A stretch of 64,000 bases of DNA from Candidatus Woesearchaeota archaeon (lineage in GTDB: Archaea > Nanobdellota > Nanobdellia > Woesearchaeales > JABGXB01), in the NCBI GenBank assembly GCA_018675975.1, contig JABGXB010000003.1, positions 203,821-267,820 of the forward strand, written 5' to 3'. Both the position numbers and the translations under genes were made by a program. The notes under the pieces were generated by a model. That model worked only from the letters and a program-made list of their open reading frames with translations, was not told the DNA's origin and ran no database searches. This document shows, in pieces, positions 1 through 9,350 of this stretch (position 1 is its first letter; every line of letters starts with the position of its first letter).

Positions 1-1
1 A

Positions 2-196
2 AAAATCTGCAATTACTTCATCTAAATAATAATCTAAATTATTATTTGTTTTTTTTAATTCATTTATATTATTATATTTTATAACACTTAAATCGTTCAT
101 TTTTGCTTTATTATTAAAAAAAAGACTAAAATTGCTAATTAAAATTATAATAAAAATTAATAAAATAAAAATAAAAAGTTTATTTTTAAGCTTCAT
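2..196 (-). CDS. Partial CDS (N-terminal 65 aa; the remainder lies beyond the window edge) of a secreted or membrane protein
   Basis: Manual translation of the minus strand from the ATG at 196..194 gives MKLKNKLFIFILLIFIIILISNFSLFFNNKAKMNDLSVIKYNN... The frame is open to the window edge. The hydrophobic N-terminus looks like a signal sequence or signal anchor. Confidence 0.3.
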   Translation of the reverse strand, partial: MKLKNKLFIFILLIFIIILISNFSLFFNNKAKMNDLSVIKYNNINELKKTNNNLDYYLDEVIADF

Positions 197-466
197 AATA
201 CATTTTTACTTAATTCATTTATAAATAAACCTCTAGAAATATTCATTATAATATACACTTCTTTTTAAATATACAATTTAGAATCAAATTATATTAAAAA
301 CTATGATTAAAACCTCAAATTTGGGCTTTAATCTGGCAATAAGATAAAATTAGTGAAAATAATATAATTTAATGAAAATATAAAAATTAATAATTACCAA
401 ATGGTAGTGAATAAATTTATAAAACATTATTGTTTCACGAAAACATAAATATGAGGAATATTCAAA

Positions 467-1426
467 ATGGATAAAGGACTATTAGCAGTTGTAACGATTT
501 TGATGGTAATATTTGCAGCAGCTTTGGGATATGCACTATATGTTGTATCACAACCAGCTGAAGTATTAGTTGAAAATGTTGGAACTACAAATGAAAATAC
601 TAATGTAGATCAAACTAATCAATTAATTCAAAATTTACAAAGACAAATCGATGCAGAAATAAAAGCAAACGAAGAAGCAGTTAAGCTTTACGAAAATCAA
701 ATTAAAGATTTGGAATCAAGATATAAAGAAGAATTAGAAAAAACTAAAACTGATCTTGAAAATCAAAAAAATAATTTAGATTCAACATCAAGTAACACTA
801 ATAATGTAAAAAATAGTGCAAAATTCTTTTCAGATGAATACTTAGTTAATTACAATTTAAGAAGTTGTTCAGCTGATTTATCAAGAGTAGAAGATTTCAT
901 TGATAGTGATTATGATGATTACGAAAAAGATTTCAAAAAAGAATCAAGATCAACTGAAACTAATATTAAAGCAGTAAAAGATAAAATTACAGCAGTTAGA
1001 GCTTTATTAAATAAAACTACTACAACGTATACATTGAATGAAGGTACTACTTTAGCTCAATTTACAATTGAATTTAATAATATCGATACAATGCTTGAAA
1101 ATTTAGAAGATGATATTGACGATATTGCAAATGAAATGGATGTTGATGAATTAAAAGTTTTAGGATCTTGGGAAAAATTATATAAAAAAATTAATGAAGA
1201 TACTCAAAACGAAATTAGTGATGCACAAGACGACTACAGAGATGCTGAAGACGACTTAAGTGAAACAAGTGTAAACTATAGAGGTTTAGACGATTCATTA
1301 AACGATGTAATTGAAGATTTAAAAGATTCAGAAGAAGATATTAATGATGTTGAAAAGGATTTTGATGATTTAGAAAGAGAAGCAAAAAACTTTAGAACAC
1401 AATTAAAATCAGTTTGCGGAAATTAA
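467..1426 (+). CDS. Hypothetical membrane-anchored coiled-coil protein with an acidic C-terminal region
   Basis: N-terminal TM helix (LLAVVTILMVIFAAALGYALYVV) followed by heptad-like, K/E-rich coiled-coil sequence and a D/E-rich tail. No enzymatic motif seen. Confidence 0.5.
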   Translation: MDKGLLAVVTILMVIFAAALGYALYVVSQPAEVLVENVGTTNENTNVDQTNQLIQNLQRQIDAEIKANEEAVKLYENQIKDLESRYKEELEKTKTDLENQKNNLDSTSSNTNNVKNSAKFFSDEYLVNYNLRSCSADLSRVEDFIDSDYDDYEKDFKKESRSTETNIKAVKDKITAVRALLNKTTTTYTLNEGTTLAQFTIEFNNIDTMLENLEDDIDDIANEMDVDELKVLGSWEKLYKKINEDTQNEISDAQDDYRDAEDDLSETSVNYRGLDDSLNDVIEDLKDSEEDINDVEKDFDDLEREAKNFRTQLKSVCGN

Positions 1427-1441
1427 TTTTTTTTTTATTTT

Positions 1442-2737
1442 TTATATTTTTTTAATATCTTTTTTTTTATAAAATATTTTACAAACAATAAATATTAATA
1501 TTAATATAATTAAAATTTCAATAAAATTATTATTATTATTAATTTCAGTTTTTTCAAAATTTATATCATCAGTATTTCTAGCATTTAAATTTTCAATAAT
1601 TTTATTTTCAGATTTAATTAATATCTTTGGTTTAAATTTATTTTCACTATTATCTATAGTTGTTAATTGATTATCATTATATTTGTCTATATTTTGACCA
1701 ATAGCAAAATAACTAAAACCTAATGTAACAGAACAATAAATGTTTGAATCAGTAAAAATTTTATCTATAAAAGTATCTAACTGCTCCCACTCATCATCAA
1801 CATATCTAAATAAATTAATATCATTTTGATCAATATTATATTTATTCAAATCCGATTTTTCAACTTTAAAACAAATAACTGCATCATTAATATAATTTTT
1901 TGGTATTGAAACATCTAATTCTAAATAATCAATTATATTTGATTTTACAGATAATATATCTTCAGGTTTTTCTTTTAATAAAGCAGCACTTACTTTTGAA
2001 GTTAATTTATCTGCATTAGTAGTTATTTTTATTTTTGTAATTGGCAAATCTATTTTAGTAAATATTATTGATTTGGTTTCCCCCTCATAAAAATTAATTA
2101 ATTTTACAGAAGTTGAAATTATATTTTCATCTCTTTTTAATTTTTTAATTGAATTCAAAGAATCATCATATTGCTTTATTGAATCATTTAGATTAGATTT
2201 TGTTATATTAAACGTAATCGATGATTTCCCAATTAAACTTTTATTTGATAAAATTGAATATACATCAATTGTTTTTATTTTATTATTAGTTATTGGCATA
2301 TTAATAAAATCAAAATTTAATATACTATATGGAGAACTATTTTTAAAATACGGATTTGAACCATATCCATAACCACTACCATAACCATATGCAAATCCAT
2401 AACTTTCAGAAAAATTATTTATATCTAATAAATTTATATTAACATTTTTTATTAATGCAGAACATAAATTAGAACTAATATTGAAATTAAAATTCCCATT
2501 CATTAAATAACTACAATTCAAAGACTCATTAATAAAAATTAAAAAACCAGAAATGGGTTCATAACCAGGATCAGTATTATTAAATTGATAAATTATATTT
2601 ATTGGACTACCATCCTCAATAACATTTTTATTTGAAATAATATTACTTTCAATTGACAATACATTAACTGAAAATAAAATAATAAACATAATACTAAATA
2701 CAAATGATAAACAAAAACCTCTTTTTATTTTTTTCAA
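1442..2737 (-). CDS. Hypothetical surface protein with a signal peptide, a GY-rich low-complexity stretch and a C-terminal TM anchor
   Basis: N-terminal signal-like segment (FCLSFVFSIMFIILFSVNVLS), N-rich extracellular region with GFAYGYGSGYGYGS, and a C-terminal hydrophobic helix followed by a KKKDIKKI basic tail (S-layer/adhesin-like topology). Confidence 0.5.
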   Translation of the reverse strand: MKKIKRGFCLSFVFSIMFIILFSVNVLSIESNIISNKNVIEDGSPINIIYQFNNTDPGYEPISGFLIFINESLNCSYLMNGNFNFNISSNLCSALIKNVNINLLDINNFSESYGFAYGYGSGYGYGSNPYFKNSSPYSILNFDFINMPITNNKIKTIDVYSILSNKSLIGKSSITFNITKSNLNDSIKQYDDSLNSIKKLKRDENIISTSVKLINFYEGETKSIIFTKIDLPITKIKITTNADKLTSKVSAALLKEKPEDILSVKSNIIDYLELDVSIPKNYINDAVICFKVEKSDLNKYNIDQNDINLFRYVDDEWEQLDTFIDKIFTDSNIYCSVTLGFSYFAIGQNIDKYNDNQLTTIDNSENKFKPKILIKSENKIIENLNARNTDDINFEKTEINNNNNFIEILIILILIFIVCKIFYKKKDIKKI

Positions 2738-2827
2738 TTTAAATGCTTATATATTATATTACTTATAAAATTTTTTTATTTAATACATCGTAATGTTTTT
2801 AAAGGGAGATAATGAAAAATAAATATT

Positions 2828-3331
2828 ATGGAAAAAACTAAATCTATTTATGTTAAAGAAAAAAAATCCAAAATTCACGGAACTGGAATTTATGCAACTC
2901 GAGACATTCCAAAAAATACTTATGTTTTAGAATATGTTGGGGAAAAAGTTACTAAAAAACAAAGCGATCAAATCGCCCAAGATTTATTAGACAAATATGA
3001 AAAAAATAAAAAAAAATATGCAGGAGTTTTTTTATTTACATTAAATAGTAGATTTGATATTAATGGAAATGTTAAATGGAATACTGCACGATTCATTAAT
3101 CACTCATGTGATCCTAATTCTGAAGCAGTTATTGACAAAGGTCACATATGGATTGAAACTATTAAAAATGTAAAAAAAGGCGATGAAATTACATATAATT
3201 ATGGATATGACGTAGAAAATTATGAAGACCATCCCTGTTGGTGTGGCACAAAAAAATGTGTTAGTTATATTGTAGCAGAAAAACAATGGACTAAACTTAA
3301 AAAATTGTTAAAAAAAAAATTATCTAAATAA
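2828..3331 (+). CDS. SET-domain protein lysine methyltransferase
   Basis: Canonical SET motifs are present: GTGIYATRDI, RFINHSCDPN (NHSCxPN), EITYNYGY (ELTYDY-like) and the post-SET Cys cluster HPCWCGTKKC. The size (167 aa) is typical of minimal archaeal SET proteins. Confidence 0.8.
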   Translation: MEKTKSIYVKEKKSKIHGTGIYATRDIPKNTYVLEYVGEKVTKKQSDQIAQDLLDKYEKNKKKYAGVFLFTLNSRFDINGNVKWNTARFINHSCDPNSEAVIDKGHIWIETIKNVKKGDEITYNYGYDVENYEDHPCWCGTKKCVSYIVAEKQWTKLKKLLKKKLSK

Positions 3332-3625
3332 TAATTCCATAAATTTAACTAAGAAACCAATAAGTCCAATTATTAAAACACCAATTGCAGTAACTTTTAA
3401 TATACTTTTAAATTCTCTATCAGTTGGCTTTTTAGTTAAAGTTAATACTCTTCTATATTCAACCCATCTCTTATGTAAAAAGTAGCTTAACCCACCAATT
3501 AATAATACTAATGCAATTAATTTAATAATTAAGTCAATCATAATCTTAAAATTTTGTATGTATTTATAAAAGTTTATTATTATTAACATGGAGAAATTTA
3601 TATAAATGAATTCCATTTTTTTCAA
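3320..3625 (-). CDS. Small hypothetical membrane protein (2 predicted TM helices)
   Basis: 101 aa with two hydrophobic helices (LIIKLIALVLLIGGLSYFL; VTAIGVLIIGLIGFLV). No homology recognisable. Confidence 0.35.
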   Translation of the reverse strand: MKKMEFIYINFSMLIIINFYKYIQNFKIMIDLIIKLIALVLLIGGLSYFLHKRWVEYRRVLTLTKKPTDREFKSILKVTAIGVLIIGLIGFLVKFMELLFR

Positions 3626-3627
3626 TT

Positions 3628-5064
3628 ATGACAGTAAATCAATTAAATCCACAAATCGTATGGAATTATTTTAATCAGTTATCAAAAATTCCTAGAAAAA
3701 GTAAATATGAACAAAAAGTTAGAGAATGGTTAATTGAATGGGCTACAAAAAATTCATTTGAATATAAAGTAGATAAAATTGGAAATTTAATAGTTTATAC
3801 AAAGGGTAGTCTAGGATATGAAAATTATTCTAATGTTTTATTACAATCACATATGGACATGGTTTGTATAAGTGATGGAGAATTTGATTTTATTAATAAT
3901 TCTATAACAACATATATTGATGAAGACTGGGTTAAAGCAAAAAATACAACTTTGGGCGCAGATAATGGAATTGGATTATGTATTAGTATGGCAATCGCAA
4001 CAGATTCTAGTATTAAACACCCACCCTTAGAATTATTATTCACAGTTGATGAAGAAACAGGACTAACAGGTGCTGCAGAATTGGATATTGATTTAATTAA
4101 AAGTAATTATATGTTAAATATTGATAGTGAAGAAAATGACACCATTACAATTGCTAGTGCAGGTGGAAATGAAATCCATTGTGAATTAAATTTAAATGTC
4201 ATTGAAAATCATTATGATTCATCAATTAAAATTACATTACTACAGATGCAAGGTGGCCATAGTGGAATGGAAATTAATAAAAATCAAGGTAATGCAATAA
4301 AAGTCATATTTTCAATCTTAAATAAATTAGAAGAATTTTCATTAAGTTATGTAAATGGAGGGGTTGCTACAAATGCAATACCAAAAGAATGTGAAATGAG
4401 TTTATCATATTATGATAAAGATTTTGAATTAATTAAAAAAATAATAAATGATGAATTTGAAAAAATTAAAAATCAATTAGATATGCCAAGTGCAGAAATT
4501 AATATAGAAAAAACTTCAAAAAAAGAAAAAATATTTAATAAAGAAACTACTCAAAAACTAATATCTACAATTAATAAAATACCAACCGGTGTAATAAAAA
4601 TGAGTGAGAATATTGATGGCTTAGTTAAAACTTCAAATAACTTAGGAACTATTGAGACAAATGAAAATAAAATAATAATGAACTGTATGTTTAGAAGTTC
4701 ATCAATATTAGATTTGGAAGAATTAGAAATTAAATTAAAAGAAATATTAAAAAAATTTAATAAAGTAGAAGCAAAAGGAAAATATCCTGGTTGGGAAAGC
4801 GACCCTAAAAAATCAAAATTGTTAGAATTGGCAAAACAAAAATTCGAATCACATTATAATAAAAAACCAGAAATTGTAGCACTTCATGCTGGACTTGAAT
4901 GCGGAATAATTATTGGAAAAGCAAAAAGAAACATCGATTGTATCAGTATAGGCCCAGACATTTTAGAAGCACATACACCAAGAGAAAGAGTAAGCATTAA
5001 AGGGGTTGCTGATTTTTATGAATATTTAAAAACATTAATAGAAGAATTAAAATTTAAAATTTAA
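3628..5064 (+). CDS. pepD: Aminoacyl-histidine (Xaa-His) dipeptidase, M20C family
   Basis: N-terminus MTVNQLNPQIVWNYF...IPRKS, HMDMVC metal-binding motif and DNGIG are typical of PepD. Length 478 aa. Confidence 0.75.
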   Translation: MTVNQLNPQIVWNYFNQLSKIPRKSKYEQKVREWLIEWATKNSFEYKVDKIGNLIVYTKGSLGYENYSNVLLQSHMDMVCISDGEFDFINNSITTYIDEDWVKAKNTTLGADNGIGLCISMAIATDSSIKHPPLELLFTVDEETGLTGAAELDIDLIKSNYMLNIDSEENDTITIASAGGNEIHCELNLNVIENHYDSSIKITLLQMQGGHSGMEINKNQGNAIKVIFSILNKLEEFSLSYVNGGVATNAIPKECEMSLSYYDKDFELIKKIINDEFEKIKNQLDMPSAEINIEKTSKKEKIFNKETTQKLISTINKIPTGVIKMSENIDGLVKTSNNLGTIETNENKIIMNCMFRSSSILDLEELEIKLKEILKKFNKVEAKGKYPGWESDPKKSKLLELAKQKFESHYNKKPEIVALHAGLECGIIIGKAKRNIDCISIGPDILEAHTPRERVSIKGVADFYEYLKTLIEELKFKI

Positions 5065-5462
5065 TTTGGATATTTCCGTTCAAATTTTTTTTTAGAACCA
5101 TAATCCACAAATTTTTTATGGTGACTAGGCTCCTTAAAATCATTTGATTTTTTATGTCTAATTGCACACCAATAAATTTCACTCTCAGCCGCAATCATTG
5201 TCCAATATTGAAATAATCCATTAATATATCCACAATAAGTACATTCAATTTTTTCAAGAAAATCCAAATATGACAATTTATACCTATCAATTTTAATATA
5301 TCTAGATCTTGGCACATAATCAATTCCACACAAAGGAAAACAAATTCTATGATATATCTCAATCCAAATATCTAATATGACTGAAGGAATAAGAATACTC
5401 CAAATCAATGGACCTGAAAATAAATGTCTTAAAAATCTATTTGGATATTTTTTATATTTCAC
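5061..5462 (-). CDS. Hypothetical Cys-containing protein
   Basis: 133 aa with several Cys (CFPLCG, CTYCGY) and one hydrophobic segment. Overlaps the end of pepD by 4 nt. No motif recognised. Confidence 0.4.
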   Translation of the reverse strand: MKYKKYPNRFLRHLFSGPLIWSILIPSVILDIWIEIYHRICFPLCGIDYVPRSRYIKIDRYKLSYLDFLEKIECTYCGYINGLFQYWTMIAAESEIYWCAIRHKKSNDFKEPSHHKKFVDYGSKKKFERKYPN

Positions 5463-5504
5463 AATAATAAATAGAATTTTGGATTTTTAAGTTTTACTAA
5501 TAAA

Positions 5505-6875
5505 TTAATTTAATAAAAATGGTTCACCCATACATGGAATAATATAATCTTCATATCTCCAAAAATCCGTTTCTTTACAATTCCATTCTTCAATTAATTC
5601 AATACCATCTCTAATTTCATTATCATTAATATCATTTGCATAATTTTGTGCTCTATTATTTTCAAAAGTTGGATTTCCACCTAATATAAAAAATGAAAAA
5701 TGTGAATCTTTAACTTCATTATTAATTAATTTAGAATTTCCTTTAATATCAAAACCCTCATGCCCACAATCTTTTGCAATATTATTTCTATATACACCAT
5801 TAGAATTAGCAATTGAAAAACAACCCCAAAAACCATGTCTTACTATTGAATTTTCAACAATTATATTTTCACTAGGATCAACAACCACTAAACAAGCTTG
5901 ACAATATTCAATTATTACATTATTAAAATATGCATCATCAGTATTTACTACTAATGATGACCAATCATTATAATATTTATCTTCTACATTTGATGTAAAC
6001 AAAATCGGATTATCTTTAGTCCCATTTGCATTAATTTTCCCATTAAAAAAAACAGATATATGTTTGTCAGTATATGGTTTTAATCTAGATGAATCTAAAT
6101 CATTAAATCCATCTGGACCTAATTCAATATGATGAATTGATGGAGTTTTATCTTTTGATTTAGTAAATTCAATACGTGTACCAGGAAGAATATTAATCTC
6201 CACCCATGGCATCATCATTAAATCTCCTTCAATTAAAATATTACCACTCCAAATTTGAGAAGAAAAAATTTCCCCACTCAATATCCTATCATAATCTTCT
6301 CTTTGTAAATTAATATAAGTATTTTCATCTATATTTTTTTTTATATCATAATCAATTTCAACTAAGTTATTTAATTCTTCATTATCTTCGATATCATCTT
6401 GATCTTCATCATTACTTTCTTCTTCATCTTCTTCAATATTATTTTCTTCTTCTTCTATGTCATCTTGATCTTCAGTATTAGTTTCTTCTTCAGCTTCTTC
6501 AGTATCGTTTTCTTCTTCGTTTATATCATCTTCTTCATCTATATCTTCTTGATCATCAGTATTAGTTTCTTCTTCAGCTTCTTCAGTATCATTTCCTTTT
6601 TCTATATCATCTTGATCTTCATCATTACTTTCTTCTTCATCTTCTTCAGTATCATTTTCTGTTTTCTTTTCTATTTCATTTAACTTAGAACTTCCGTTTA
6701 ATAATTTATCATTTAAATTAGCTTTATCATTATTTAAAATTTCATCACTTGAAACATTATTAATATTAAATTTATTTTCTTTATTATTATCAACATCTTT
6801 AAATAAAAATATTAAAAATATAGCTATAAATAAAAAAACAAATATAAATAATATTAATTCAAATTTATTCTTCAT
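5505..6875 (-). CDS. Secreted protein with a tandem-repeated poly-acidic region and a C-terminal right-handed parallel beta-helix domain
   Basis: Signal anchor (LILFIFVFLFIAIFLIFLF). Imperfect repeats of EEEESNDEDQDDIE and NDTEEAEEETNTDDQEDIDEE. The C-terminal ~250 aa show repeated short beta-helix rungs (NVIIEYCQACLVVVD, NSIVRHGFWG, NNIAKDCGHEGFDIKGNS, NNEVKD). Confidence 0.6.
   Translation of the reverse strand: MKNKFELILFIFVFLFIAIFLIFLFKDVDNNKENKFNINNVSSDEILNNDKANLNDKLLNGSSKLNEIEKKTENDTEEDEEESNDEDQDDIEKGNDTEEAEEETNTDDQEDIDEEDDINEEENDTEEAEEETNTEDQDDIEEEENNIEEDEEESNDEDQDDIEDNEELNNLVEIDYDIKKNIDENTYINLQREDYDRILSGEIFSSQIWSGNILIEGDLMMMPWVEINILPGTRIEFTKSKDKTPSIHHIELGPDGFNDLDSSRLKPYTDKHISVFFNGKINANGTKDNPILFTSNVEDKYYNDWSSLVVNTDDAYFNNVIIEYCQACLVVVDPSENIIVENSIVRHGFWGCFSIANSNGVYRNNIAKDCGHEGFDIKGNSKLINNEVKDSHFSFFILGGNPTFENNRAQNYANDINDNEIRDGIELIEEWNCKETDFWRYEDYIIPCMGEPFLLN
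6390..6680. repeat. Imperfect tandem DNA repeats encoding the poly-acidic segment of the 5505..6875 protein
   Basis: A block tcttgatcttcatcattactttcttcttcatcttcttca recurs at about 6395 and 6606. Related tcttcagcttcttcagtatc units recur between them. Confidence 0.5.
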
Positions 6876-6918
6876 ATAAAAAATATAATTTTTAAATTAA
6901 TAAAATATTCTAAAAAAA

Positions 6919-7668
6919 TTAATTAGCATCAACTCTTGGTGCTAAAATAAAAGACAATAATAATCTATCTACAACTTTAAAATCAGCTTGCATTGGATAA
7001 TCAGCTTTTAATTTTAAATTAACAGTTCCACTAAGTTTTGATCCTTTTACAATTTTTTTTAAGTATTCTATAGAAAATTTACTTTTCAATGTAATACCTT
7101 CATCAACTGCAATCTCAACTAAATCTCCACTTTCAAAATCACTATTAGAATCACTTAAATCACCTGTTGCACTAGCAACAAATTTTTCATTATTAACTAT
7201 AAAACATAAACTTTCTGCAACAATTTCGGCATCTTCTACAATTTCAGTAAAAGTTTCACTACTCATTTTTATCGATGCATCAAAACTTAAATCAGGAACT
7301 TTCTGTTCTTTTTCATCTAAATCAATTATTGGAAGTGTAAATGTTCTCTTTGATTTTGATTTAAATTCAATAATTAATTTATTTGTATTTTCTTCTAATG
7401 TTAGACTAACAATATCAGTAGGTTTTGCTCTTTTCAAAATTTGTCTTAAATTCCCTAAATTAATTGCCATTTCAATTGGCTCATTTATTTCAAATACAGA
7501 AAAAGCTGATGATAGTAATTTAAAATTTACTAAAGCTACACTTGCTGGATCCATTGCAATTAATTCCATTGCATTTTCATTGATTCTAAATTTACCTTCA
7601 TTTACTAATTCAGAAATTATACTTATACCTTCTTTTAAATATTTTGACTCAGCTAATGTTAACTTCAT
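6919..7668 (-). CDS. pcn: DNA polymerase sliding clamp PCNA
   Basis: 249 aa. N-terminus MKLTLAESKYLKEGISIISELVNEGKF...AMDPASVALV and the overall length are typical of archaeal PCNA. A PIP-interacting loop region is present. Confidence 0.85.
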   Translation of the reverse strand: MKLTLAESKYLKEGISIISELVNEGKFRINENAMELIAMDPASVALVNFKLLSSAFSVFEINEPIEMAINLGNLRQILKRAKPTDIVSLTLEENTNKLIIEFKSKSKRTFTLPIIDLDEKEQKVPDLSFDASIKMSSETFTEIVEDAEIVAESLCFIVNNEKFVASATGDLSDSNSDFESGDLVEIAVDEGITLKSKFSIEYLKKIVKGSKLSGTVNLKLKADYPMQADFKVVDRLLLSFILAPRVDAN

Positions 7669-7783
7669 AATTTAACCTCTTTGGTATTGATTAAGTCGAT
7701 TTATTTATTAAGATTATGGTTTAAACATAGACACACAAATAAGTATTACAATATATAGAATAAACAATGATTAAAAATTAAAA

Positions 7784-9103
7784 TTATTCAAATATGTGTT
7801 CTTTACCAATTTCTAGAATAATTGAATTATTATAATTAATAGATTTTGCAATTTTTGCCACCTCTTGCTCAAATGGTTTATCTGCTGCTGAAGGAAAAAT
7901 AAATTCTGGTTTTGTAACTTCAATTAATTTTTTAATTTCATCATGGCTCGCATGACCAGAAGCATGTATATCTTTTAATATATTTACTTTTTTTTGTGCC
8001 AATTTACTTTCCAATATTTTTCTATTTTGTACACTCACAGGATTAGGAATAACTGTACATGAAAATATAATCCAATCATCATTTTTTAATGGATAATCTA
8101 ATATACCATCAACTATTTTACATAAATTTGCAGTTGGTTCACCTTGATGACCAGTTGTTACAATTATATATTTTTTAGGATTTTCTGAAACCATTTTTAA
8201 AATTCTTCTAATTTTATTTGGAAATTGTGCAATATTTTGCTTTGGTGCAATTTTTGTTAATTTTATATCATGTGCTGCATAAATATATTTGGCTAAACTC
8301 CTACCAAGAAAAACTGCTTCCCTTCCAACTCGTTTTGCAACATCTTTAATGGTTTTTAATCTTTGTAATTGTGATGAAAATGTTAAAATAAAAATAGATC
8401 TAGCATCATTATTTATTTTTTCAACTTCATTAAAAAGCATTTCACGAACTTCTACTTCTGTTTTTGTTGTTCCAGGAAAAACAGCCCTCGTACTATCAAC
8501 TATAATTGCTTTAAATGGACTCAACTCCTCTAATCTTTTAATATTACTTTTTGGACCAATAACAGGAGCATCATCAAATTTGTAATCATTTGTATATAAA
8601 AATCTCCCTTCTTTAGTTTCAACACAAATCATAACTGTATGTGGAATAGAATGAGTTACATAAATAAATTCAATTGTTATATCTTTATTAATTTTAAATC
8701 TACTATTACAATCTTGTGTAATAATAGTTGGAATTTCTTTATTTTCTTGTCTAAACATATTTAAAATAAATTGTGTTGTATATGGACTTGCATATACTTT
8801 TGCATTAGGAAAAAATTTAATTAAATATGGAGCTGCAAAAACATGATCAAAATGTGCATGAGATGGAATAATTGCAATTACATCATTAAATCTTTCTTTA
8901 AATAAAAAAACATCAGGAACTGCACCAACTTCAATTAATTCTTCTACTGTTGGAGCCAAACCTTCATGATCTTCCATAAAAGTAATATAATTATCTAAAT
9001 GAATCCCAATATCTAAAAGAATAATTTTTCCATTAACTTCAATATAGGTCATATTTTTTCCAAACTCACCATAACCACCAATAGCTTTAATTTTAAGAAC
9101 CAT
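7784..9103 (-). CDS. rnj: RNase J-like beta-CASP metallo-beta-lactamase ribonuclease
   Basis: HAHFDH (HxHxDH) motif, N-terminus MVLKIKAIGGYGEFGKNMTYIEV typical of RNase J, and beta-CASP motifs further down. The track ORF (to 9202) runs through tRNA-Cys, so I place the start at the internal Met at 9103. Confidence 0.75.
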   Translation of the reverse strand: MVLKIKAIGGYGEFGKNMTYIEVNGKIILLDIGIHLDNYITFMEDHEGLAPTVEELIEVGAVPDVFLFKERFNDVIAIIPSHAHFDHVFAAPYLIKFFPNAKVYASPYTTQFILNMFRQENKEIPTIITQDCNSRFKINKDITIEFIYVTHSIPHTVMICVETKEGRFLYTNDYKFDDAPVIGPKSNIKRLEELSPFKAIIVDSTRAVFPGTTKTEVEVREMLFNEVEKINNDARSIFILTFSSQLQRLKTIKDVAKRVGREAVFLGRSLAKYIYAAHDIKLTKIAPKQNIAQFPNKIRRILKMVSENPKKYIIVTTGHQGEPTANLCKIVDGILDYPLKNDDWIIFSCTVIPNPVSVQNRKILESKLAQKKVNILKDIHASGHASHDEIKKLIEVTKPEFIFPSAADKPFEQEVAKIAKSINYNNSIILEIGKEHIFE

Positions 9104-9132
9104 AATTAAAATTATTATATTAAATTTATAAA

Positions 9133-9206
9133 AGGAGGTGGTGGGATTTGAACCCACGCATGCAAGGGTTGCAGCCTTGTGCCTTACCGGACTTGGCGAC
9201 ACCTCC
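9133..9206 (-). tRNA. tRNA-Cys (GCA)
   Basis: Hand-folded cloverleaf: acceptor GGAGGUG/CACCUCC, anticodon stem CAAGG/CCUUG with loop CUGCAAC, T-arm GUGGG-UUCAAAU-CCCAC, discriminator U. Length 74 nt. Confidence 0.75.
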
Positions 9207-9222
9207 GATTAATAAAAAAAAA

Positions 9223-9297
9223 CGACCTAGGGGAGATTCGAACTCCCGACCTCAAGCTTAGAAGGCTCGCGCAATATCCAGGCTATGCTACTAGGCC
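9223..9297 (-). tRNA. tRNA-Arg (TCT)
   Basis: Acceptor GGCCUAG/CUAGGUC, anticodon stem CGAGC/GCUUG with loop CUUCUAA, T-arm GGGAG-UUCGAAU-CUCCC. Length 75 nt. AGA is the expected major Arg codon in this AT-rich genome. Confidence 0.8.
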
Positions 9298-9350
9298 AGT
9301 AAATTGACTAGTTAATATTTAGTTTATAAATATTGTCTTTAAATAGAGAA

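Noticed and set aside
3104-3286. Short antisense or embedded ORFs from the six-frame track lying inside longer, motif-supported genes: 3104-3286, 3825-4043, 8289-8585, 11683-11937, 14485-14676, 15038-15241, 18341-18535, 19769-19981, 20216-20578, 21484-21678, 26740-26937, 29208-29399, 29676-29870, 30669-30869, 31339-31641, 32709-32927, 37039-37254, 38088-38291, 40390-40605, 59812-60021, 62738-62938
   Set aside because: Each is fully or largely contained within, and antisense to or out of frame with, a longer ORF that has clear protein-family signatures. Their low-complexity I/L/F/K-rich translations are what an AT-rich genome yields by chance.
6399-6683. 94-aa ORF on the plus strand composed almost entirely of F/I/L/S
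   Set aside because: It is the reverse-frame reading of the poly-acidic repeat region of 5505..6875 (GAA/GAT codons read as TTC/ATC on the other strand) and is a compositional artefact.
9104-9202. N-terminal 33-codon extension of the RNase J ORF (MSPSPVRHKAATLACVGSNPTTSFYKFNIIILI)
   Set aside because: The extension is the translation of tRNA-Cys read on the same strand. The conserved RNase J N-terminus begins at the internal Met at 9103.
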